NCBI GenBank assembly: GCA_038087875.1
Contig: CM075997.1
Coordinates: forward strand, 7,132,001 to 7,196,000
Direction: 5' to 3'
DNA length: 64,000 nucleotides
Source of the DNA: Malacoraja senta
Taxonomy: Eukaryota
Below are positions 24,847 to 35,026 of the stretch, one piece after another. Under the pieces are notes generated by a model that worked only from the letters and a program-made list of their open reading frames with translations, searched no databases and was not told the origin of the DNA. The position numbers were made by a program, and so were the translations under genes. The first letter of the stretch is position 1, and the number at the start of each line of letters is the position of its first letter.

Positions 24847-25559
24847 GGAGAGAGGGAGAGAGAGAGAGAGAGAGAGCGCTTTGTGATAAGTCATAAAATT
24901 AATGTGCGGCAGCTTCTGCAATAAATCTGCTCAAATATTTACTGTGCTATCGATTTAATGAGAAACTTTGTGTAAAATGAAACTAAATGAGGGCATCCCA
25001 ACAGCCGTAAACTTCCCAAAGCTACAAAAACAAAACTGAAGAGCCACGTTTTTCTCGACAGCTGCAACATAAAGTCTCCAATAAACCAACCCGACCAAAA
25101 TCACTGGAATATTGGAAGTATAAGCTGGGGAAAAGAAATTAGAGAGCCATTGGATCATAGTCATTCAGCATGGAAACAGGCCCTTCGGCCCAGCTTTCCC
25201 ATGCTGACCATGATGCTCCATCTACACTAGTCAGTAGCTGTTATCACTGGTCCACTATTAGAATTTTCCGCGAGGATATGTGAAGTGCAGGCACAACGGT
25301 GACACAGCGGTAGAGTTGCTGCCTTATAGCAATTTCAGCGCCAGAGACCCAGGTTCGATCCCGACTACAGGTGCTGTCTGTATGGAGTTTGTACGTTCTC
25401 CCCGTGACCGCGTGGGTTTTCTCTGAGATCTTCGGTTTCCTCCCACACTCCAAAGACGAACAAAGGTTTGTAGCTTAATTGGATTGGTGTCAATGTAATT
25501 GTCCCCAGTGTGGGATCGTGTTAATGAACGGGCACAGTGGCACAGCAGTTCAATCCTGA

Positions 25560-25760
25560 AGGGCCTGTCCCACTTGGGCGTCATTTGCGCGTCACGCAGG
25601 TGGCGCACAAAGATTTTGTACATCCCAAAATCCTGGGGCGCCGCGTGCAACCGCGCGTCACTGCCTACGTCACCACACACCATGCGCGCGTAATGCATCG
25701 TGACGCGTAAATTATTTCGCGTAAATGGCGCGCAAATGACGCCCAAGTGGGATAGGCCCT
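25560..25760. mobile_element. Harbinger-like MITE family C
   Basis: AGGGCCTGTCCCACTTGGGCGTCATTTGCGCG ... CGCGCAAATGACGCCCAAGTGGGATAGGCCCT. Confidence 0.87.
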
Positions 25761-26243
25761 TAACTACGGGTGTTGCATGATCAAGGACCAGTCTTACCCC
25801 GGACACTCCCTCTTCTCCCCTCTCCCATCAGGCACAACGTACAGAAGTGTGTAAACGCACACCTCCAGATTCAGGGACGGTTTCTTCCCAGCTGTTATCA
25901 GGCAACTGAACCATCCTCTCAACAAATAGAGAGCGGTCCTGACCTCCCATCTACCTCATTGGTGACCCTTGGACTTTCTTTAATCGGACATTATCTTGCA
26001 CTAAACATTTCCCAGCTGTTATCAGGAATCTGAGCCGTCCTATCAACAACATCAGAGCAGTCATGAGCTCCCATCTACCTCATTGGAGACCCTCAGACTA
26101 TCTTTAAGGGGAATTTACTGGACTTTACCTGGCATTAAATGTTGTTCGGTCTCGACCCGAAACATCACATATTCCTTCGCTCCATAGATGCTGCATCACC
26201 CGCTGAGTTTCTCCAGCATTTTTGTCTTCCCTCTACCCTTTAT

Positions 26244-26541
26244 GTTCCCCGTTGAATTTCAACCTTGTTGTGGTCGGGGAGCTTGTGACCCCTAGAGCTT
26301 TGCCAGTGGGAGGTTCCTCTCCTGTTAGGGTCTCCCATGCTGGACAGGTCGAAGGGTAGAGGCGAGACGAAGAGCGATCCACTGGTCCTCCAGGTTGGAG
26401 GTCGAGCACAGGGCTAACAACCCTGTCTCGTAAAACAAATATGTTACGGAAACAGCAAGTGAAGGAATCAACACTACTGAGTGGAGGACCTTCATTGCTG
26501 CCCTACATGCCAGGAGGCATAAGAGTCAGTAAGTAAGTAAA
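26244..26541 (+). mobile_element. Non-autonomous bipartite RTE-LINE derivative (5' UTR fused to 3' end) with 12-bp TSD
   Basis: TCTACCCTTTAT at 26232-26243 and 26542-26553. RTE-like hairpin ACAGGGCTAACAACCCTGT-CTCGTAAAA, a 3' end encoding WRTFIAALHA, and a (TAAG)n tail. Confidence 0.7.
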
Positions 26542-28242
26542 TCTACCCTTTATCCCGTGTCTGTAAACAATGGATGGCTCGATTGTAATCACGTGACATT
26601 CCACTAACAAGATAGCACACAAAAGCTTTTCACTGTACCTCGGTACACGTGACAATATACTCAACTAAACCCAAGATAGATGCAAAAAGCAGGAGTAACT
26701 CAGCAGGACAGGCAGCATCTTTGGAGAGAAGGAATGGGTGATGTTTCGGGTGGAGACCCCTCCTCAGACTAAACCCAATATTGGCATAAATTGCTGTTCA
26801 GTGTTTAATGAAGAGTAAAGGTTATGAAATAACTCGTATTTTTCTTCAATGCAGAGTGAAACAGCAATTTGTGGAATTCCCTGCCACAGAAGGCAGTGGA
26901 GGCCAAATCACTGGATGGATTTAAGAGAGAGTTAGATAGAGCTCTAGGGGCTGGTGGAATCAAGGGATATGGGGAGAAGGCAGGCACGGGTTATTGATTG
27001 GGGACGATCAGCCATGATCACAATGAATGGTGGTGCTGGCTCGAAGGACCAAATGGCCTCCTCCTGCACCTATTTTCTATGTTTCTATGTTTCTAAAAGT
27101 AATAGATCGAGTTATGGACAGTGCTATCAAGCACCAGCCATCAATAAATGGTAGAGCTGCTGTCTCACAGCGCCAGAGACCCTGGTTCGATCCTGACCTC
27201 GGGAACTGTCTGTGTGAAGTTCTTCTGTTCAGTACTGTACCTCTTGCCTGTTGGGAGAGGGGAGAAGAGGGAGTGACTGGTCCTTGATTATGCTGCTGGC
27301 CTATCCTCCGGGTGCACTGGTTTCCTCCCACATCCCAAAGACGTGCGGGTTTATGGGTCAATTGGCCCTCTGTAAATTGCCCCTTAGTGTGTAGGGAGTG
27401 GATGAGAAAAAGGGGAAACAGAGAACTGTGATCGGATGCTCGATGATCAGCGCGGACTTGGTTGGCCGAAGGACCTATTTCCACGCTGCATCCTTAAACT
27501 AAACTGAACATATAGTGTACACAGGAGAGGAATATATCGTTGCAATTTTCCAACCAGTTTGATTTCAGCAGGTCTTTTTTTCCGAAGGTAAACACAATAA
27601 GCTGGTGTAACTCAGCGGGTCAGGCAGCATCTTTGGAGATGAGGAATAGGCGACGTTTCAGGTCGAGACTCTTCATCAGTCTTTTCTTTCCAATAGAGTC
27701 ATCGCACAGATCAATGTTTAAGAAGGAACTGCAGATGCTGGAAAATCGAAGGCAGACAAAAATCAGTGAAGAAGGGTTTCGGCCCGAAACGTTGCCTATT
27801 TCCTTCGGTCCATAGATGCTGCCTCACCCGCTGAGCTTCTCCAGCATTTTTATCTACCTTCGTACAGATCAAGTCCACTTTAGCTCTCTTTGGAAGCTTT
27901 CTGCTGTTAACATTGAAATATTGACTGGAGGATTATAACAGTGGGTATTAGTCTTTTCAATTCTGCCAACTTCTGTTGCTAAGTTATAATTGCGAGGCTT
28001 TTCAATAAGCGGTACATTGGTAAGGAACAGATTACACGACTGAAACACCATCTGATAAGAGCGTGCCATCACGCCTGTTGTTTCATAGAAGCCAAATTAC
28101 AATAACAATCCCTGCTTTCATGAATCATCTTACACTGCCATCAGATTTCTAAGACATAGGTCAACTCCCCGAGAATTTGCTAACTCTTTGTTGAATCTAC
28201 CACTTGAAGTAGTGGTTGGTTTGCGAGGGATATGAAAGATAA

Positions 28243-28553
28243 GGCACGGTGGCGCAGCGGTAGAGTTGCTGCCTCACAGCACCAGAGACCCGGGTTCGAT
28301 CCTGAGTTGGGGTGCTGTCTGTATGAAGTTTGTACCTTCTCCCCGTGACCTGCGTGGGTTTTCTCCGACATCTTCGGTTTGCTCCCACACTCCAAAGACG
28401 TGCAGGTTTGTAGGTTAATTGGCTTGGTATAAATGTAAAATTATCCCTAGTGTGTGTCGGGTAGTGTTAGTGTGCGGGGATCGCTGGTCGGCGCAGACTC
28501 GGTGGGCTGAAGGGCCTGTTTCCATGCTGTATCTCCAAACTAAACTGAACTAA
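28243..28553 (+). mobile_element. tRNA-derived V-SINE (HE1-like), full length
   Basis: A and B boxes, core and (TAAAC)n tail. Confidence 0.88.
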
Positions 28554-28645
28554 ATAAGGAATAGGTGTGGATTAGGATTTCCAGCTGAAGGGGGACTGTG
28601 GTAAAAGAGAATTGAAGTCACAACCTTTTTGCATTTAGTGGCTTA

Positions 28646-29151
28646 CTAGACCAAGTGCAGACCCGTTGGGTCTGGACCCCGAACGTGCTTCAGACCCCGG
28701 GGCGAAAATCGCTAGCGAAAGGAAAAAAATGGCGTCATTTTTGGAGCAGAGCCGGACGGCAGCAGCCGTTATGGTGGCTGGCCAGCAGGAGGAGGCAAAA
28801 TGAGTGAGTGGGGGGTGGGGGGGGGGGGAGAAGGATTTTATTAAAAATGTCTACATAAACACGACGAAATTTAATCAGGAGTGGATACTTGGAATGAAAA
28901 GTGAAATCTCCACCGAAATGGAAAAAATCTCAGCGTTTCTGCGTGTGGTGTTGGCGTAGCAACGAATCAAAGGAAGGCTGGCACCCACAAGGCAGGCAGA
29001 AACACACACACACACACACAGACAGGCAGAAACACACACACACACACACAGACAGGCAGAAACACACACACACACACACAGATAGGCAGAAACACACACA
29101 CACACACAGAGTTTTAAATATAGATAGATAGATAGATAGATAGACTCTAGA
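28646..29151 (-). mobile_element. Non-autonomous Helitron-like element with internal mini/microsatellites
   Basis: Minus-strand 3' end has hairpin AGACCC-AAC-GGGTCT followed by ..CTAG|T. The 5' end begins TC with (TCTA)n. No TSD. Internal ~30-bp unit repeated four times. Confidence 0.68.
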
Positions 29152-29164
29152 TCCGAGTAGCGCA

Positions 29165-29597
29165 GAGAAGTGGCAGATGGAATACAGTGTAGCAAAGTGT
29201 AGAGTCGTGCATTTTGGTAGTAGGAATGAAGGCGTAGTTTATTTTCTAAATGGGGAGAGAATCCAGAAATCAGAGGTGCAAAGGGACTTGGGATCGCTGT
29301 TGCAGGATTCCCAAAAACTTAATCTGCAAGTCGAATTGGTAGTAAAGAAAGCAAACTCAATGCAGGCATTTATTTCAAGAGGGCTTGTGTACAAAAACAG
29401 GGATGTAACGCTGAGGCTCGATAAGGCGCTGGTCAGGCTGCATTTGGAATATTGTGAGCAATTTTGGGCACCGTATATGAGGAAGGATGTGCTGGCTCTG
29501 GAGAGGGTCCAGAGGAGGTTTACAAGAATGATCCCAAGAATTAGTACATTAACTTATGATGAGTATTTGTTGACACTGGGCCTGTACTCACTGGAGA
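29165..29597 (+). mobile_element. CR1 LINE internal ORF2 fragment
   Basis: KCRVVHFG..RDLG..LVRLHLEYC.QFWAPY. Confidence 0.85.
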
Positions 29598-29606
29598 AAC
29601 TGTGTG

Positions 29607-29638
<32 letters not shown>

Positions 29639-29659
29639 TGTGTGTGTGTGTGTGTGTGT

Positions 29660-31257
29660 TGCATTCAGAAAGTTTTCAGACCTCTTCACTTTTTCCAGCC
29701 ATATTTTAAAATGGATTAACTGAAATTTTTGTTGTTGTTGCATCAATCTACACACAATACCACAGAATGAAGAAGTGAAAACAGGGGTTTAGAAATTTTT
29801 GCAAAGTCATTAAAAATAAATAACTGAAATATCACATTTACATAAGTATTCAGACCCTTTGCTATGACACTCCAAATTGACCTTAGGTTCATCCTGTTTC
29901 CATTGATTATCCTCGAGATGTTTCTACAACTTGATTGGAGTCCACCAGTGGTAAATTATATTGATTGGACATGATTTGGAAAGGCACACACCTGTCTATA
30001 TAAGGTCCCACAGTTGACAGTGAATGTCAGAGCAAAAACCAAGCCATGAAGATGAAGGAATTGTCCGTGGACCTCCGAGACAGGATTGTGTGGAGACACA
30101 GATCTGGGGAAGGGTATAAAACAATTTCTGCAGCATTGCAGGTCCCGAAGAGCACAGTGGCCTTCGTCATTCTTAAATGGAAGAACTTTGGAACCACCAG
30201 GACTCTTCATAGAGCTGTCCGACCGGCCAAACCGAGCAATCAGGGGAGAAGGGTCTTGGTCAGGGAGGTGACCAAGAACCCGATGGTCACTCTGACAGAG
30301 CTCCAGAGTTCCTTTGTGGAAATGGGAGAACCTTCCAGAAGGACAACTATATCTGCAGCACTCCACCAATCAGGCCTTTATGGTAGAGTGGCCAGACGGA
30401 AGCCACTCCGCTGTAAAAGGCACATGACAGCCCGCTTGGAGTTTGCCAAAAGGCACCTAAAGGACTCTCAGACCATGAGAAACAAGATTCTCTGGTCTGA
30501 TGAAACCAAGATTGAACTCTTTGGCCTGGATGCCAAGCGTCACGTCTGGAGGAAACCAGGCACCGCTCATCACCTGGCCAATACCATACCCACGGTGAAG
30601 CATGGTGGTGGCAGCATCATGCTGTGGGGATGTTTTTCAGCGGCAGGAACTGGGAGACTAGTCAGGATCGAGGGAAAGATGAACGGAGCAAAGTACAGAG
30701 AGATCCTTGATGAAAACCTGCTCCAGAGCGTTCTGGACCTCAGACTGGGGCAGAGGTTCACCTTCCAACAGGGCAACAACCCTAAGCACACAGCCAAGAC
30801 AACGCGGGAGTGGCTTCGTGACAAGTCTGTGAATGTCCTTGAGTGGCCCAGCCAGAGCCCGGACTTGAACCCGATCGAACATCTCTGGAGGGACCTGAAA
30901 ATAGCTGTGCATCGACGCTCCCCATCCAACCTGACAGAGCTTGAGAGGATCTGCAGAGAAGAATGGGAGAAATTACCCAAATACAGGTTGTACCCAAGAT
31001 GACTTGAGGCTGTAATCGCTGCCAAAGGTGCCTCAACAAAGTACTGAGTGAAGGTTCTGAATACTTATGTAAATGTGATATTTCAGTTATTTCTTTTTTA
31101 ATTACTTTGCAAAAAATTCTAAACACCTGTTTTTGCTTTTTTAATATGGGGTATCGTGTGTAGATTGATGATTTAAAAAAAAGAATTTAATCCATTTTAG
31201 AATAAGGCTGTAACGTAACAAAATGTGGAAAAACTGAAGGGGTCTGAATACTTTCTG
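29660..31257 (+). mobile_element. Tc1/mariner DNA transposon with ~200-bp terminal inverted repeats
   Basis: Inverted ends at about 29660-29860 and 31051-31257 (CAGAAAGT(T/A)TTCAGACC ... GGTCTGAATACTTTCTG) enclose a transposase ORF. Confidence 0.93.
30046..31047 (+). pseudogene. Tc1-like transposase, inactivated
   Basis: Paired-like HTH N-terminus, WSDETK, KHGGGSIMLWGCF and SPDLNPIEHLW are present. The catalytic FQQDND motif reads FQQGNN. A premature TGA at 31000-31002 precedes the in-frame tail LEAVIAAKGASTKY*. Confidence 0.9.
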
Positions 31258-31771
31258 TATATGTGTGTAGGAAGGAACTGCAGATGCTGGTTTTAATCGA
31301 AGATAAACACAAAATGCTGGAGTAACTCAGTGGGACAGGCAGCATCTCTGGAGAGAAGGAATGGGTGACGCTTCGGGTCGAGACCCTTCTTCAGACTTGT
31401 TCTTGTGTATGGCGTGCACAGCCTAAAGTTGTGGGACAACTTGTTCTATTTGATCTTATTTGATTGTGCACGCCAGGTTGATTGCATTCGTCGAAACAGG
31501 GCAGACCACGTGAAGGTTGCAATCTCCCGCCCTTTCTTCAGACTGATAACCATATAACCATAACAGCACGGAAACAGGCCATCTCGGCCCTTCAAGTCCG
31601 TGCCGAACATTAAAAAATTTTTTTTTTTAATTAAAAATAAATACTTCCCCCTAGTCCCATCTACCTGCACTCAGACCATAACCCTCCATTCCTTTCCCGT
31701 CCATATACCCATCCAATCTATTTTTAAAGGATAACATCGAACCTGCCTCCACCACTTCCACTGGAAATATG

Positions 31772-32048
31772 AGGTGATGTCAGGGGAGTGGGTGGTACAG
31801 AGATAAAATGTAGTTGGAGACAGTAAGGCTGGCGGGAAAACTGGGAAGGGATGGAGAGAGAGGGAAAGCAAGGGCCACTTGAAGTTAGAGAAGTCAATGT
31901 TCATACCGCTGGGGTGTAAGCTGCCCAAGTGAAATATGAGGTGGTGTTCCTCCAATTTGCGCTGGGCCTCACTCTGACAGTGGAGGAGGCCCAGGACAGA
32001 AAGATCAGTGTGGGAATGGGAGGGGGAGTTGAAGTGTTGAGCAACCGG
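31772..32048 (-). mobile_element. Penelope-like element GIY-YIG 3' fragment
   Basis: EEHHLIFHLGSLHPSGMNIDF. Confidence 0.82.
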
Positions 32049-32579
32049 TTTTATGTTTGTCTCTGGGACTATGTTTAACTCTATGGCACCAGGACTCCAT
32101 GACAGTGTTCTGTCAGCTTCAGAATCAGTTTCCCCTAATTACAGTTAATCAGCATTCGTTAGAGCATGAGCTTATTAAAAACAAAGTCCTTGGCTAATTG
32201 TACCTTGTCCAAGTGGCCTGAGCACATTGATGAAATGTTGAATGGATGAATAGGTTGATTGGCCAAGTATGTACACATACAAGGAATTTGCCCTGGTGCT
32301 CTGCCCGCAAGTAACAACACGACATACAGTAAATAATTAAGAGTAAAACATAAAACATTAAAATATTAAGAATAAAACATTTTAGTTTAAACATGCGAGT
32401 GCGCGGTCTATGGCAGCAGATTCTTCCCGTTTCGCCGCCAATGACCGCAGACTCGTGAGACAGGCCTTTTACTGCTACATGGACTTTGCAAAAAAACATT
32501 CACAAAATACCACACAATAAATCTCGGAGGCAAACTTGCTACTAAAGAGTAGCCCGGATATAAAACTGATGAAAAGCTG

Positions 32580-33690
32580 AGAAACATAGAAAATAGGTGC
32601 AGGAGGAGGCCATTCGGCCCTTCGAGCCAGCACCGCCATTCATTGTGATCATGGCTGATCATCACCTATCAATAACCCGTGCCTGCCATCTCCCCATATC
32701 CCTTGACTCCACTAGCCCCTAGAGCTCTATCTAACTCTCTCTTAAATCCATCCAGTGATTTGGCCTCCACTGCCCTCTGTGGCAGGGAATTCTACAAATT
32801 CACAACTCTCTGGGTGAAAAAGTTTGTTTCTCACCTCAGTCTTAAATGACCTCCCCTTTATTCTAAGACTGTGGCCCCTGGTTCTGGACTCGCCCAACAT
32901 TGGGAACATTTTTCCTGCATCTAGCTTGTCCAGTCCTTTTATAATTTTATATGTCTCTATAAGATTCCCCCTCATCCTTCTAAACTCCAGTGAATACAAG
33001 CCTAGTCTTTTCAATCTTTCCTCATATGACAGTCCCGCCATCCCAGGGATCAATCTCGTGAACCTATGCTGCACTGCCTCAATCAGAAGGATGTCCTTCC
33101 TCAAATTAGGAGACCAAAACTGTACACAATACTCCAGATGTGGTCTCACCAGAGCCCTATACAACTGCAGAAGAACCTCTTTACTCCTATACTGAAATCC
33201 TCTTGTTATGAAGGCCAACATTCCATTAGCTTTCTTCACTGCCTGCTGTACCTGTAAGCCAACTTTAAGTGACCGGTGTACAAGGACACCCAGGTCTCGC
33301 TGCACCTCCCCCTTACCTAACCTAACCCCATTGAGATTATAATCTGTCCCCTTGTTTTTGCCGCCAAAGTGGATAACCTCACATTTATCTATATTATACT
33401 GCATCTGCCACGCATCTGCCCACTCACTCAACCTGTCCAGGTCACCCTGCAACCTCCTAACATCCTCTTCACAGTTCACACTGCCACCCAGCTTTGTGTC
33501 ATCCGCAAACTTGCTAGTGTTGCTCCTAATTCCCTCTTCCAAATCATTAATATATATGGTAAACAGTTGCGGCCCCAACACCGAGCCTTGCGGCACTCCA
33601 CTCGCCACTGCCTGCCATTCTGAAAAGGGCCCGTTCACTCCTACTCTTTGCTTCCGGTCTGTCAACCAATTATCTATCCATGTCAACACC
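32580..33690 (-). mobile_element. CR1-clade LINE (HER1-like) 3' portion with reverse transcriptase
   Basis: ORF 32742-33689 has GVPQGSVLGP, KFADDTKL, RPHLEY and RTRGH motifs. The 3' UTR has gggccgaatggcc and a (TTTCTATG)-type tail. Confidence 0.93.
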
Positions 33691-33979
33691 CTGAGAGTGT
33701 TGGCAAGCAGTTATTTTTTACAATGAGAGGAAGTCCGATGTAGTCTCTTCCATTCTGGTATGATGCCTACCAATCATCCCCATCAATATTAATAATCTAG
33801 ATTTGCGCATATATATTTTGCAAAGGATATGAAACTTGCAAATGTAGAAGAGCGAGGTGACAGGTTGGTGAAACAGGCTCGATAACATTTAGTACAGTGA
33901 ATCGAATGGCAGAGATACAGCGCAGAAACAGGCCCTATTGCCCGCTGAGCCACACCGATCAGCGATCCCCGCACACCAA

Positions 33980-34297
33980 AAGCCCTGTCCCACTGTACGA
34001 GTTCATTCAAGAGTTCTCCCGAGTTTGCCCTGATTCGAACTCGGAGATTTACGGTAATAGCCGCTCGTAGGTACTCGGGGCTATCGCAGACATTTTTCCA
34101 CATGTTGAAAAATCTTCACGAGTCTTCCCGAGCTTACCGCGTTTTCCGAGTACCTGCCGTTAGCGTTACGAGCCGCTAAGAGACGTCCCCGAGCTCCGAC
34201 GTACTCGCTACGTACATTCTACGTGCTTACCACGAGTTTGATTTTATTTTAAACTGGGGAGATCTCTTGAATGAACTCGTACAGTGGGACAGGGCTT
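33980..34297. mobile_element. Harbinger-like MITE family A inserted in a SINE
   Basis: AAGCCCTGTCCCACTGTACGAGTTCATTC ... GAATGAACTCGTACAGTGGGACAGGGCTT|TAA. Confidence 0.88.
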
Positions 34298-35026
34298 TAA
34301 CACTACCCTACACACACTAGGGACAGTTTACATTTACACCAAGCCAATTAACCTACAAACCTGTACGTCTTTGGAGTGTGGGAGGAAACCGAAGATCTCG
34401 GAGAAAACCCACGCAGGTCACGGGGAGAACGTGCAAACTCCGTACAGACAGCGCCTGTAGTCGGGATTGAACCTGGGTCTCTGGCGCTGTAAGGCAGTAA
34501 CTCTACCGCTGCGCCACCGTGCCACCCTCTGGTTTAAAGATGCAGCATGGAAACGGGCCCTTCGGCCCACCGAGTCCACGCTGACCGTCGATCACCAGTT
34601 CTATGTTATCCCACTTTCTCATCCACTCCCTACACACTAGGGACAATTTAATGAGGGCCGATTAACCTACAAACCCGCACGTCTTTGGGATGTGGGAGGA
34701 AACCGGAGCACCCGGAGGAAACCCGCACGGTCACAGGTTGAGCGTGTAAACTCCACACAGGCAGCACCCGAGGTCAGGATCGAACTGGGATCTCTGGCGC
34801 GGTGAGGCAGCGCCTCTACCAACTTCGAGTGAGTGGATACCCGATGGTTAGCATGGCTTCGCTGGGCTGAAGGGCCTGTTTCCATGCTGTGTCGCTCCGA
34901 GACGCCGTGGTTTCATGAAAAGTTTTGAGTTGAGAAAAATGAGAAGAGAAATATAATAATGCAATTTTAAACTAGCAGTTTAAACTGTTTAAACAATTTA
35001 AAACTTGCAACGGTGCTTGTTTGTAA

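Noticed and set aside
28985..29110. Regular ~30-bp repeats superficially like a CRISPR array
   Set aside because: No unique spacers, no cas genes, and a vertebrate context; it is a minisatellite inside a Helitron-like element.
30046..31002. 318-aa ORF as an active or domesticated transposase
   Set aside because: The second catalytic Asp is lost, there is a premature stop, and the terminal repeat tips are eroded.
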